A stretch of 64,000 nucleotides of DNA from Spirochaetia bacterium (lineage in GTDB: Bacteria > Spirochaetota > Spirochaetia > SZUA-6 > Bin103), in contig CBDBDQ010000005.1 in the NCBI GenBank assembly GCA_965203905.1, positions 6,752,001 to 6,816,000 on the forward strand. The letters run 5' to 3'. The notes under the pieces were generated by a model, which saw only the letters and a list, made by a program, of their open reading frames with translations, was not told where the DNA came from and did no database searches. Below, piece by piece: positions 27,115 through 37,051 of the stretch. The position numbers and the translations under genes are program-made. Position 1 is the first letter of the stretch, and each line of letters begins with the position of its first letter.

Positions 27115-28151
27115 GTCACCCCGAGCTTGATGCTGGTGCTCGGGTCGAGATCGATCTGGCGGTAGGCCTCGGCGCTGTCCGCCAGCGACACCACCGGATC
27201 CAGCAGGCCCTCCACTCGCAGCCGGCCCTGCTGCAGCAGCGCGAAGCCGGCGCCGAACAGCCGGCGTGCGTCCCAGCGCGGACCGAGCCGGTGGGGGGCG
27301 CTGACGTCGCGGCTGGAGAGCAGGTTGATGCGGTTGCGGTGCCACTCGCCTTCCAGGCTGAGGCCGCCGCCGGCGCCGGGGTAGTAGGCCACCGACACCA
27401 CGGTGGCGCCGTAGGCCGCGGCGCGCAGGGCGTCGTTGAGGCCGGCGTAGCTGCCGCTGGTCTCGAGCACCGTGTCGGCGCCGGCCTTGCCGGTGGCCCG
27501 CTTCACCACGAGGCCGGTGTCCTCCGTGGTGGGATCGATCACCAGGTCGGCGCCGTGGCGGCCGGCCAGGGCGCGGCGGCGCGCGATCGGGTCGGCGCCG
27601 GCCACCCAGGCCGCCCCCTGCAGCCGCGCCAGTTGCAGCGCCATCTGGCCGATGGCGCCGAGGCCGGTCACCAGCACCCGGTCGCCCAGTCCCAGCGCCG
27701 AGTCGCGCACGCCCGACAGTGCCACGCACGCCGGGTCCCCGCACACCACCGCGTGCGGATCCATCCCCGCCGGCACCTCCCGCACCTTGGCGGCCGGCAC
27801 GGTATGGGTCTCGCGGATCGGCAGGTCACCGTAGACCACGTCCCCGACCGCGAACCGGTCGACGGCGGCGCCGACCTCGGTCACCTCACCCACCGTCGCC
27901 GTGCCCAGCGCCATCGGGAACCGCATCCAGCCCTGTGGCTGCGCTCCGCCGTCGCGCCGGTGCAGCCGCAGGTCGGGATCGAACGGCTCCGAAACGTCGC
28001 GCGTGTCGGCGCGGTAGGCGCGCAACTGGGTGCCGTGCTTGACCGCGGAGAAGGTGCTGCGCAGACGCACCTCCCCGGCTCCCAGCGGCGGCTCTTCGTA
28101 GGAACGCAACTCCGGCGTTCGCGGGGCGACAGCGATCAGCTCCAGTGGCAC
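27105..28151 (-). CDS. Medium-chain (zinc-binding-like) dehydrogenase
   Basis: GroES-like N-terminus (GEVRLRS..FSAVKHGT, GEVTEVG), Rossmann GLGAIG; GTG start inferred. Confidence 0.85.
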   Translation of the reverse strand: MPLELIAVAPRTPELRSYEEPPLGAGEVRLRSTFSAVKHGTQLRAYRADTRDVSEPFDPDLRLHRRDGGAQPQGWMRFPMALGTATVGEVTEVGAAVDRFAVGDVVYGDLPIRETHTVPAAKVREVPAGMDPHAVVCGDPACVALSGVRDSALGLGDRVLVTGLGAIGQMALQLARLQGAAWVAGADPIARRRALAGRHGADLVIDPTTEDTGLVVKRATGKAGADTVLETSGSYAGLNDALRAAAYGATVVSVAYYPGAGGGLSLEGEWHRNRINLLSSRDVSAPHRLGPRWDARRLFGAGFALLQQGRLRVEGLLDPVVSLADSAEAYRQIDLDPSTSIKLGVTYP

Positions 28152-28201
28152 GGCGGCACCTCCCGGTTCCTGCCTACACCCCGGCCCGCGCACGTCCACC
28201 G

Positions 28202-28606
28202 TCACCGCTCCCGTGCCTCGGAGTGCAACCGTCCAGCCTGCCTTTGCGCCAGCGTCCGGCGCAGCAGGTGGACGTAGACGAGGGCGTTCACCGCCAGCAC
28301 GAAGGCGCCGATGGCGACCTGCATGCCGCGCGTCAGGCTGCCCGGGTAGATGAGCCGCAGCAGGTAGTGTTCGAGGAAGCGCACGTCGTAGCCGCCGGCT
28401 CCGGCCAGGGTCCGAAACTGCAGTTCCAGCGGGGTGAGGGGGCAGATCCAGCCGGCGAACTCCATGGTCGCGCCCCACAGGAACGAGGGCACGTGCAGCA
28501 ACGCCACCCAGCGCCAGCGCAGCACCAGCGCCCCGCCGGCCACCACGAACACGATGAACGCGAAGTGAATCAGCAGGACGCCGTCGGCGAGGACACCGTA
28601 AATCAT
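28202..28606 (-). CDS. DUF2784 family membrane protein
   Basis: LADGVLLIHFAFIVFVV, WICPLTPLE, FLEHYL..LIYP. Confidence 0.88.
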   Translation of the reverse strand: MIYGVLADGVLLIHFAFIVFVVAGGALVLRWRWVALLHVPSFLWGATMEFAGWICPLTPLELQFRTLAGAGGYDVRFLEHYLLRLIYPGSLTRGMQVAIGAFVLAVNALVYVHLLRRTLAQRQAGRLHSEARER

Positions 28607-28621
28607 GGCAACTTCATGGCA

Positions 28622-30511
28622 TCACGCGAAGTCCAGGTTCTCGGTGATGCGGGTGCCGTCGCGGTGGAAGGCTTCCACGTAGCGCTGGATGCGCCGCCTG
28701 CCTTCCTCCAGATCGTGGTTGTTCAGGTTGATGTTCAGCAGATCGATGTACCAGGGCGGCTTCACCTCGTCGCGCACGTAGACGTCGGCGATCTCGCCCG
28801 CGATCGGCAGCGTGGTGCGCTTGGAGTCGTCGTGCACGTCGCGGTTGGCGGCCGCCTGCAGCTTGGCGTACTCCTCGGCCAACAGGCGTTCGAAGATCTC
28901 CGGAGTGAACCGGGTGCCGGCGGCGAGGCCGGTCTCGGGATCGTCCTCGGTGAGTGCGGCGCCCTTGTGCAGCCACTCCCACAGGATGCTGAGGCGGATC
29001 TCGCCGGTGGCCATGTCCTCCATCAGGTAGAGCACGTCGTCGTCGCCGAAGGAGTCGGCCGGCTTCAGCGCCGCGGCCTGCATGCCCTGGCCGAAGGCGT
29101 TGCCGTACTGCAGCGCCACGCTCAGCAGGTCGCGCGCCCCGCGCACGGTGCGCGGCGCCTCCTCCAGCTCGGTCAGTCCGGCCGCGTCGGCCTCGGTGTA
29201 GGTCAGCGGCGGGAACCCGCGCCCGAGCTGGTTGGCCGCCCCGGCCTTTTCCCATACCGGGCGCACGATGTGCACCATCTTCCAGTGCGCCACCCACTTG
29301 CCGCTGGCGCCGGCCTGCTGCTCGCGCTCGCCGCCGGCCACCGCCTTGCTCATCGAGGCCTCCACGCCGGCCTCGGAGCCGACCGGGATGTTGGGCTCCA
29401 TGCCACCCTGCCACAGGGCGCAGTTGCCGTTGGCATCCGGCGTGTTCACGGCCCGGCGCACGCGGTCCTCGTAGTTGCGCATGTAGCCGTAGGTCATGAG
29501 GATGGCGTCAATGTTGGGGTTGATGAACGAGGCGTCCCACGCCATGGCGTCGGCGACACTGTTGATGTAGTCCCAGCGCCCGGTGTTGTAGCCGACGAAG
29601 TGGCGGCCGAGGGCGGCGCGGATCTCCATGAGCTGGTAGGACGCCTCCAGCTGCTCCACCAGCACGTAGGTCTTGATGGTGCCGGCGGCCAGCCCGAGGT
29701 GGCCCTCCAGGGCGTCGAGGATGTCGTTCCACAGCGCCGCCTCCTCGGCGGTCTGGATCTTGGGCAGGTAGAGCACCAGCGACGACCCCTGCTCCTGCAT
29801 GCGCCGGTAGTTGCCGGTGACGTAGAGCACCGTGTCGACGATGGAGGCCGAGAACCCGCTACCGCCGGTCTCGCGCACGTGGCGGTCGTCGAGATGCAGC
29901 CCGCGGGCACGGAAGATCCTGGTGGTGAACCCCAACTGCCGCTTCCAGTCGGGCACGATGGCGCGGCCGAAGAAGCTCTCGCCCCAGGCGTTCATCCCCG
30001 CGGCCACCTCCTCGGCGGCCTGCAGGAACACCGGATCGGCGGCGCTGGCCAGGCGCAGGTTGCGCTGGTTGTCCAGCGACATGGTGGTGATCTGGCCCAG
30101 CGCGTCCTCGCCGTCGAACATCCAGCCGTCGGCGCCCGACAGCAGGGCGTAGGCGACGTTGCGGATGCTGCGCGGCACCGGGGTGTTGGGCTTGGCGCCC
30201 GGTCCGGTGCCCTGGATCCACTGGCGCTGCAGGTCGGCCGGGATCTCGCTGCCGGCAAAGGCGCCGTCGCGCGCCGCCTGCACCCCGATGGAGGTACCGG
30301 CGATGGTGGCGCCCGGATCGAGGAAGCCGATGCGCTCCCCCTCCCGCGCGCGCTTGGCCCGGCGCCCGATACGCTCGCGCATCAGTCGCCGCCGCTGCTC
30401 GTTGAAGCCGGCCAGGGCGTGCAGCGCATCGAGCGCTTCCGGGGTATAGACGTCGTCATATTCGCGCTCCAGCCGCGCGCGGATTTCCAGGGTAGGGGTC
30501 GCCTCGCTCAT
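28622..30511 (-). CDS. aceB: Malate synthase (MSA-like, long variant)
   Basis: MFDGEDA, IFRARGLHL, LYLPKIQ, NTGRWDYINS, WQGGM, GKWVAH, LMEDMATGEIR..LWEW. Confidence 0.9.
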   Translation of the reverse strand: MSEATPTLEIRARLEREYDDVYTPEALDALHALAGFNEQRRRLMRERIGRRAKRAREGERIGFLDPGATIAGTSIGVQAARDGAFAGSEIPADLQRQWIQGTGPGAKPNTPVPRSIRNVAYALLSGADGWMFDGEDALGQITTMSLDNQRNLRLASAADPVFLQAAEEVAAGMNAWGESFFGRAIVPDWKRQLGFTTRIFRARGLHLDDRHVRETGGSGFSASIVDTVLYVTGNYRRMQEQGSSLVLYLPKIQTAEEAALWNDILDALEGHLGLAAGTIKTYVLVEQLEASYQLMEIRAALGRHFVGYNTGRWDYINSVADAMAWDASFINPNIDAILMTYGYMRNYEDRVRRAVNTPDANGNCALWQGGMEPNIPVGSEAGVEASMSKAVAGGEREQQAGASGKWVAHWKMVHIVRPVWEKAGAANQLGRGFPPLTYTEADAAGLTELEEAPRTVRGARDLLSVALQYGNAFGQGMQAAALKPADSFGDDDVLYLMEDMATGEIRLSILWEWLHKGAALTEDDPETGLAAGTRFTPEIFERLLAEEYAKLQAAANRDVHDDSKRTTLPIAGEIADVYVRDEVKPPWYIDLLNINLNNHDLEEGRRRIQRYVEAFHRDGTRITENLDFA

Positions 30512-30737
30512 ACGCAGCGAGTCTACGGAGCTTGCCGGGTTGCAGACAAGCGCCTCGTCATCGGTCCGGGCGCTCCGCACTTCGGCATGTGTGCCGGCTC
30601 GCCTGCGAACGCAGTTACCGCCTGCTGAAGTGAGCGCACAACGAGCGATCGACCATCGTCGCGGCCGTCGAATCGGGTTGGCGCAGCCATACGATGATGT
30701 CGATGGACGGCCGGCCTAATTCAGCGACGTAGAGGCA

Positions 30738-31175
30738 TTATCGTATTGTAGGCTGTTGCTCCCCCCAGAAGGTGTGATCGTCGGCGATGTTTTCCGGGTG
30801 AAACCAGGCGGCTACGATACAGCCTTCGCGGACCTCATAGGTCGCCAGTTCGCTACCCTGGATTTGCCGGCAGTCGGCGACCGCCGACCAGTCGATCGTT
30901 GCTGACACATGAGTGGCGGTTTCGACGGTGCCGGTGACGGTGAGCTCGAAGCTGCCGGCAGTCTTGTGAATTGCTCTGCGGATCATGTCGATGACCGCTT
31001 CACGGCCCCGAAGGTGACCCATATGTGCGCCCACATCGGGCTCGCTCCAGCGTACGTCGGGTGCGAGGAACGGCTCGAGAAGGCACAGTCTGCCCGTACG
31101 GCTGGCAGTGCGACGAACGTCGTAGAAAGTACGGATGAAACGGCCGAGCGTACCCGCCTTGCTGGTGTTAGGCAT
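30738..31175 (-). CDS. NTF2/SnoaL-like domain protein
   Basis: LAPDVRW, GREAV, YEVREGCIV..WF..FW pattern; lower GC than flanks. Confidence 0.75.
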   Translation of the reverse strand: MPNTSKAGTLGRFIRTFYDVRRTASRTGRLCLLEPFLAPDVRWSEPDVGAHMGHLRGREAVIDMIRRAIHKTAGSFELTVTGTVETATHVSATIDWSAVADCRQIQGSELATYEVREGCIVAAWFHPENIADDHTFWGEQQPTIR

Positions 31176-32222
31176 TCAGTATACGCGGCCGGTGCTGCCG
31201 AAGTGGGTCGGCCGGTCCCAGGAGAGGCCGCCATCCATCACCCAGCGAGCGATCGGCTCCTCCAACTCGGCCACCGGGTCGCGCGGTTCGCCGAAGGTGT
31301 CGCGGCAGAGCCGGTCGTCGGCCAGCACGGCAGCGTCTCCCTCGGCGTCGGCCAGGAGCGGGCTGCGTCCCATGGTGCGACCCAGGCGTTCGGCAAGGTC
31401 GGCCACTCGCAGCGCCGGGCCGGCGATGTTCACCACCCATGGCGGGTTGGCGCTGCGTTCCATGCTCAGCAGGGTGTAGTCAATGGCGTCGCGCTGCGAC
31501 ACCAGGTTGGCGGCAGGAACCTGGAGCGAGATCGGCTCGCCCTCCCATACCATCGCCGCCAGGTCGCGGATCACGCCATAGCCGAAGTGCTGGGCGTAGC
31601 TGAGACGGATCAGGCTGACGCGCTGGCGCGGGTGGCGTAGCGCGGTGGTGGCGAAGGCCGACTCGCGCGCCACGATCGACCAGCCGTACACCCCCACCGG
31701 ATCGAGTTCGGCAGTCTCGCTGCTGCCGGCTGCCTGCTCCGGCCACGGCACTGCGGGATAGGGGTTGGTGGAGGAGAGCGCGACGATCGACGCTTCCGGG
31801 TAGCGCTCGCCCACCAGGTAGGGCACGATCCCGTTGACGTGGAACGCGCGCCGCCAGTCGCTGCCGCTGCCGAACTTGAACCCCAGCAGGTAGATCACGT
31901 GCGCCGCCTCGGGCAGCGCCGCGAGCACCCCCGGGGCGGCCAGGTCGCCGGTCAGGCACTGGATCCCGCCCGCCTCCAGTTCCGCGCGCGTCTCCGGGTC
32001 GCTGAAAGTGGAGGCCACGGCGATGTCGCGGCGCACCCCCGCGGCCAGGTCGGCCCGGCGCAGCGTGCGCACCAGGTCGGGCCCCATCTTGCCGCTGCCG
32101 CCGAGCACTACCACGGGGCCCTCGATGCGAGAGGCGGCCGTCACCAGGCGCTCCGCCGGCTCGCTCATGAACTCCTGCAGCCGCGCGGCGTCGGTCACTG
32201 CGGCTGCACTCAGCGCGGACAT
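31176..32222 (-). CDS. NAD-dependent epimerase/dehydratase
   Basis: VVVLGGSGKMGP, YLLGFKFG, YGWS, KPTHF-like RPTHF C-terminus; start uncertain. Confidence 0.85.
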   Translation of the reverse strand: MSALSAAAVTDAARLQEFMSEPAERLVTAASRIEGPVVVLGGSGKMGPDLVRTLRRADLAAGVRRDIAVASTFSDPETRAELEAGGIQCLTGDLAAPGVLAALPEAAHVIYLLGFKFGSGSDWRRAFHVNGIVPYLVGERYPEASIVALSSTNPYPAVPWPEQAAGSSETAELDPVGVYGWSIVARESAFATTALRHPRQRVSLIRLSYAQHFGYGVIRDLAAMVWEGEPISLQVPAANLVSQRDAIDYTLLSMERSANPPWVVNIAGPALRVADLAERLGRTMGRSPLLADAEGDAAVLADDRLCRDTFGEPRDPVAELEEPIARWVMDGGLSWDRPTHFGSTGRVY

Positions 32223-32303
32223 CGGCGCCATTCTACGCGACAACCATGAGGCTGTCTGGCTATCATGCGCCCGTCCGCCCCATCCGGCGAAGGAGAGAAT
32301 CAC

Positions 32304-33077
32304 ATGCTTAGCGCGATGCGCACGTTCCGCCAGCAGCTCGACTCCGGCAAGGTTTGCATCGGCTGCGGCATATCCACCACCGACCCTTCGGTGACCGAGT
32401 CGCTGGCCGAACTGTTCGACTTCCTGTGGATCGACCTGGAGCACACCGCGCTGACCTTCGAGTCGCTGCAGGCGCACCTGATCGCGGGACGTGCCACCGC
32501 GACTCCGGCCCTGGTGCGGGTGCCGAGCGGCGAAGTCGCGTGGATCAAGAAGTGTCTCGACACCGGCGCCGGCGGCGTGATCCTGCCGCGGCTCTACACC
32601 GTCGCGGAGGTGCAGGAGTTCGTGGCTGCCTGCCGCTACCCCCCGCGTGGCAGGCGCGGTTTCGGGCCACGGCGAGCGTCGCGCTACGGCCGAGACAGCG
32701 GGCCGGAGTACGTCGACCGCGCCGACGCGGACGTGTTTTCGGCGGCCCAGATCGAGACCGCGGAAGCGGTGGCGGCAATCGACGAGATCGTGCGCATTGA
32801 CGGCCTGTCGTCGGTGGTGCTGGGGCCGATGGACCTGTCCGGCGCGCTGGGGCACCTGGGAGAGCTGGACCACCCGGTCGTAGAGGACGCGATGAAGCGG
32901 GTGCTCGGTACCGCGCGCGATGCCGGCCTCTACGCCGGCTCCGGGCTGGACGCCGATGCGGAGCTGGCGCGGAGCCTGGCCGGCTGGGGAGCGCAGTGGC
33001 TGCAGTGCGGCGGCGACATCGGGATGATGGACATGGGCGCCAGGGCGCTGTTCTCCGCGATGCCGGACCTGCGTTAG
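32304..33077 (+). CDS. HpcH/HpaI family aldolase
   Basis: FDFLWIDLEH, LVRVP, LDTGAGG, RYPPRGRRG, QIET, GPMDLS. Confidence 0.92.
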   Translation: MLSAMRTFRQQLDSGKVCIGCGISTTDPSVTESLAELFDFLWIDLEHTALTFESLQAHLIAGRATATPALVRVPSGEVAWIKKCLDTGAGGVILPRLYTVAEVQEFVAACRYPPRGRRGFGPRRASRYGRDSGPEYVDRADADVFSAAQIETAEAVAAIDEIVRIDGLSSVVLGPMDLSGALGHLGELDHPVVEDAMKRVLGTARDAGLYAGSGLDADAELARSLAGWGAQWLQCGGDIGMMDMGARALFSAMPDLR

Positions 33078-33880
33078 TTGGCCCGCCTGGGCATCGCGGC
33101 CGCAACGCCCTCCATGCCGCCGGAGATGCGCAGGATCTCGCCGGTCACCCAGGACGAGCTCGGATCGCAGACGCCGGCCACGCCGAAGGCGATGTCCTCA
33201 GGCTCGCCCCAGCGGCCCAGCGGGATGGCCTGACGGATCCGCTCGATCATCTCCTCCTCGCTGATCCCCAGTGTCTCGGAGCGTTGTGCCATCACCTTCC
33301 GGTTGAAGTCCGTGTACACGGGACCGGGACAGATGGCGTTGACGCGTACGCCGTACACGGCGAGCTCCAGCGCCAGCGAGCGGGTCAGACTGATCACACC
33401 CGCCTTTGCCACGTTGTAGGCGGCGACTGACGTGGACGGATTCTGGCCGTTGATCGACGCCAGGTTGACGATGCAACCGGACTCCTGCCGTTCCATGATC
33501 CGCGCCGCCGCGCGGCAACACTTGAACGTGCCGTCCAGGTTCACCTTCAGCACCTGCTCCCACTCCTCGTCGCTGAGTTCGACGATCGGGGCCACGTTCT
33601 GGCCCAGCCCGGCGCTGTTCACGAGGATGTCCAGCCGCCCGCGCGTCTCGGCGACTTCTGCGAACAGCGCGTCCACCTCGGCGGTCGACGTCACGTCCAG
33701 CGGGGCGGCTGCGGCGGTCCGACCCTCGGCGGCGAGGGCGGCGGCGACCGCCTCGGCCTTCTCACGCTGCAGGTCCGCGATGATCACCGCGGCGCCTCTG
33801 GCCGCCAGAGTCTCAGCGATGGCCCGTCCGAGTCCCTGGGCCGCCCCGGTGACCACGGCCACCTGACCTGAAAGAGGCAT
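33074..33880 (-). CDS. SDR family oxidoreductase
   Basis: VTGAAQGLG, NSAG, YNVAK (YxxxK), VNAICPG, IPLGRWG. Confidence 0.93.
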   Translation of the reverse strand: MPLSGQVAVVTGAAQGLGRAIAETLAARGAAVIIADLQREKAEAVAAALAAEGRTAAAAPLDVTSTAEVDALFAEVAETRGRLDILVNSAGLGQNVAPIVELSDEEWEQVLKVNLDGTFKCCRAAARIMERQESGCIVNLASINGQNPSTSVAAYNVAKAGVISLTRSLALELAVYGVRVNAICPGPVYTDFNRKVMAQRSETLGISEEEMIERIRQAIPLGRWGEPEDIAFGVAGVCDPSSSWVTGEILRISGGMEGVAAAMPRRAN

Positions 33881-34448
33881 GATGAGTTCAGCTTTCAACT
33901 TTCGACCGATCTGCGCAACTGGTGGGCGCTCACGCAGGACAATCCCATGCTGAACGACGCCTGCCTGACCGCTACCACACTGCGCGAATGCACCCCGACG
34001 TCTGAATCCCGTGTGGGCGAGCGGCGATGATGGCCCCGGCGCCTGTCAGATCGCCGCCTTCAGGGTGCGTGGGTTCGTTAGCTGTACGAGGTGTCCAGGA
34101 ATGAGCGTCTTCGCCGCCGACCCGCAACGCCGGTCTCCGCCGCTGCGGTGCTGTCACGTTGGGTCGACCTCTCGCTGTAGCCAGCCTTGATGGCGTCACC
34201 AGCTGGTTGGGTCGGCCACGGTGCAGGATTGCGCGAAAAAAGTGCAAAAAATTGAGCTGAGCACTTGACGGGTTTGGCGCTGCTCGTAACGGCCCCCTGC
34301 CGCACGTTCCGGCCCCTCCGCCCCTTCGAACATCCCGCCACGTCCTCCAGGCCCGTCAGCACCCCATAAGCGCCGGCCTGAGCCCTTCCAGGTGCGGTCC
34401 GGGACTTGCCGCAACCTGCCATTTCTCAGCCATGTTTATATTTACCCC

Positions 34449-36047
34449 ATGGCTACCGCGATCGCCACCGGCTTCTCCTCCTCGCTCTCCGGGCTCCCCG
34501 ACCAGGTGCTGCTGGCGCATACCAGGTCCCTCGTCCTGCACGAGCAGGCGCTGCAGCTCGCCGTCCTCGACCACCTGCGCGAGATCCACGCCCGCCACCT
34601 GCACCTGCGCCTCGGGTTCTCCAGCCTGTTCGACTACGCGGTACGCGAACTGGGCTACAGCGAAGGTGCCGCCTGGCGCCGCATAAAGGCGATGCGCCTG
34701 TGCTCCGAGACCGCCGGGACACGCGAGCGGCTGCAGGACGGCTCGCTCTCCCTGAGCGCGGCGGCGCAGTTGCAGAACACCTTCGATCTCCTGCAGCGCA
34801 CGGCGACCGCCGCCGCGGACCCCGGCTCGCCACCCGCGGCACCGGAGCTGCTGCCGCGCGGCACCGGGACGGCGCCGGAGGCGGGGGCTTCCGGGGCCGG
34901 GGCAGCGGCGCCAGCGCGACCGGTGCCGGCGCTGGACGCGGCGCAGCGGCAGGAGCTGGTGGCGCAGGCGAGCGGCAAGAGCACCCGCGAGGTGAAGCAG
35001 TTGTTGGCCGGGGTGGCTCCCGAGCTGGCGCGGCCGGCGGATCGCATGCGCGCGCTGGGCGAAGGCCGCTGGGAGCTGAAGGTGGTGATCGACGCTGCCT
35101 GTCAGTGCGGGATCGAGCAGCTACGGGCACTGCTGTCGCACGTGGACCCGCACCTGACGCTGGGGCAGCTGGTGGAGCGGCTGGTGCAGGACGGCCTGCA
35201 CCGCTACGACCCGGGGCGGCCGCCGCGCGGGCGCAGAGCTGGGCGCCGCGAGGCAAGCGCGGGCCAGGCGCCGGAGCCGAAGGCGCAGCAAGGGCCGGCA
35301 GGCGGGGCGACTTCGCCAGCGAAGCGGGGCGCGCAAGAGCAGCCCGGAGTGCCGGCGCCGGAGGGCACTATCACCGGTGGCAGCACCCCGGCGCCGGCAG
35401 CGCTGTCCGCAGAGGAACCCACGCGCGGGAATGGCGGCACCGGCATCTCGGCGGTGGCGGCGCTGTCCGCGCCGCCGTCGGGGCGCGAGACTTGCGGCAG
35501 CAGCACCCCGGTGAGTGCCAAGCCGGCGGTGGCGGCGCCCGGCACCACTCCTTCGGCGGCGAAGTTGGTGGCTGGTTGTGGGTCCCGCGCCTCCGTACCG
35601 ACGCCACGGCCGACACCACCGGCAGTCCAGAGCATGCCAACCGCGCGGGCAGCGGCGGATCGCGGTCGCATCGCTCCTTCGCCAGCGAAGCGGGCCGGGG
35701 CGGCGAAGCGGGCAGGAGCGGTGCAGGTCGATGGCCATTCGCGGCCGCAGCCAGAGGCAGCCGGCCCGTCCCGAGGCAGCGCGCAGCCGCGCCAGCGGGC
35801 GCGTCGATCCCGGTATATTCCGGCACCAGTGCGGCGCGAGGTGTGGCGCCGCGACGGCGGCTGCTGCAGTTACGTCGATCCGCACAGCGGGCGGCGCTGC
35901 GGCTCCCGCTTCCTGCTGGAGCTCGACCACATCGTTCCCTTCGCGCTCGGCGGCAGCGCTGAGCCCGGGAACTTGCGCCTTCGCTGTCGAGCCCACCACC
36001 GCTTCCGGCATCGGGAGGACGCGCCGTCGCCAGACGGGGCCACGTGA
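34449..36047 (+). CDS. HNH endonuclease with DUF222-like N-terminal domain and long low-complexity linker
   Basis: N-terminal GFSSLFDYAVRELGYSEGAAWRRI; C-terminal RYIPAPVRREVWRRDGGCCSY..RC..LELDHIVPFALGG..NLRLRCRAHH. Confidence 0.88.
   Translation: MATAIATGFSSSLSGLPDQVLLAHTRSLVLHEQALQLAVLDHLREIHARHLHLRLGFSSLFDYAVRELGYSEGAAWRRIKAMRLCSETAGTRERLQDGSLSLSAAAQLQNTFDLLQRTATAAADPGSPPAAPELLPRGTGTAPEAGASGAGAAAPARPVPALDAAQRQELVAQASGKSTREVKQLLAGVAPELARPADRMRALGEGRWELKVVIDAACQCGIEQLRALLSHVDPHLTLGQLVERLVQDGLHRYDPGRPPRGRRAGRREASAGQAPEPKAQQGPAGGATSPAKRGAQEQPGVPAPEGTITGGSTPAPAALSAEEPTRGNGGTGISAVAALSAPPSGRETCGSSTPVSAKPAVAAPGTTPSAAKLVAGCGSRASVPTPRPTPPAVQSMPTARAAADRGRIAPSPAKRAGAAKRAGAVQVDGHSRPQPEAAGPSRGSAQPRQRARRSRYIPAPVRREVWRRDGGCCSYVDPHSGRRCGSRFLLELDHIVPFALGGSAEPGNLRLRCRAHHRFRHREDAPSPDGAT
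35268..35712 (+). repeat. Degenerate palindromic and 60-nt-period repeats within HNH linker
   Basis: CTTCG-N4-CGAAG at 35311, 35551, 35677; CGCTGTCCGC at 35401 and 35461; CAGCACCCCGG at 35381 and 35501. Confidence 0.6.
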
Positions 36048-36184
36048 TCGGCGCCCGGCGGGGTGCGAGGTGGGCGGTCGGGTGGCGGTCCGAGGGGATT
36101 TGCAGCCCGCTTGTCGCGCAGCGTGGGATCGCCCTGCCTCGCGCGCTGGTCGCGGCAACTCCGACGTGGTAGGGTCCGGCCTGG

Positions 36185-37051
36185 ATGGGTAACGACATCG
36201 AACTCGCCTGTACGTCAGTGATGCTCCCCGACTGGGAGCTGGAGGAGACCTTCGAGCGGGTCGCCGGCCATGGCCTCGCCGCCCTGGAGTTGCGTGTCCG
36301 CGATAACCCGCCCGGCAACCCGGCGCCCAGCTACTGGGGCCGCCACCTCGCCGACGTGAGCCCCGCCAACCTCCGCCACAAGGTACCGGCCATCCGCGCC
36401 GCGGCGGCGCGTACCGGCGTGCGGGTATGCGCCCTGGCGCCGCGCCTCTGGGTCGACAACCAGGAGGTGGTGGACGCGGTGCTGGACGGTGCGAACGCCA
36501 TCGACCCGGAAGCGCCGCCGATGGTGCGCCTGAGCCCACCCGGTTACGACCGCACCCGCCCCTACGCGGAGCAGTTCGCCGCGGTACGAGAAGGCATCGA
36601 GCAGCTCCTGCCGCAGGCCCGGGCGCGCGGCGTCAAGCTACTCTACGAGATCCACGTCGGCACGGTGGCAATGAGCGCGGCCCGCGCCCACGCCCTGCTG
36701 GACGGCCTCGACAGCGCGCATGTCGGCGCCATCTTCGATCTTCCCAACATGTCGCGCGTCGCCCTGGAGGACACCCGACAGGGCATGGAGTTGCTCGGTC
36801 CCCACCTCGCCTACTGCCACATCGGCGGCTCGCGTCCGGTCGCCGGCGACAGCGGCGCCCACGGCCAGCGCCAGTGGAGCTGGGAGTTCTGTCCCCTCGA
36901 AGAGGGAATCGCCAACATCCCACAGGTGATCGCCGACCTGCGCGCCGTGGGCTACTCCGGCTACCTCTCCATCGAGGACTTCAGCACGCTCGACGCCGAC
37001 ACCCGGCTGGGCCAGGGCAGCGCCTACCTGCGCCGCCTGCTCTCCAGTTAG
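36185..37051 (+). CDS. Sugar phosphate isomerase/epimerase (xylose-isomerase-like TIM barrel)
   Basis: LLYEIH, FDLPN, YCHIG, GYSGYLSIE metal motifs. Confidence 0.85.
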   Translation: MGNDIELACTSVMLPDWELEETFERVAGHGLAALELRVRDNPPGNPAPSYWGRHLADVSPANLRHKVPAIRAAAARTGVRVCALAPRLWVDNQEVVDAVLDGANAIDPEAPPMVRLSPPGYDRTRPYAEQFAAVREGIEQLLPQARARGVKLLYEIHVGTVAMSAARAHALLDGLDSAHVGAIFDLPNMSRVALEDTRQGMELLGPHLAYCHIGGSRPVAGDSGAHGQRQWSWEFCPLEEGIANIPQVIADLRAVGYSGYLSIEDFSTLDADTRLGQGSAYLRRLLSS

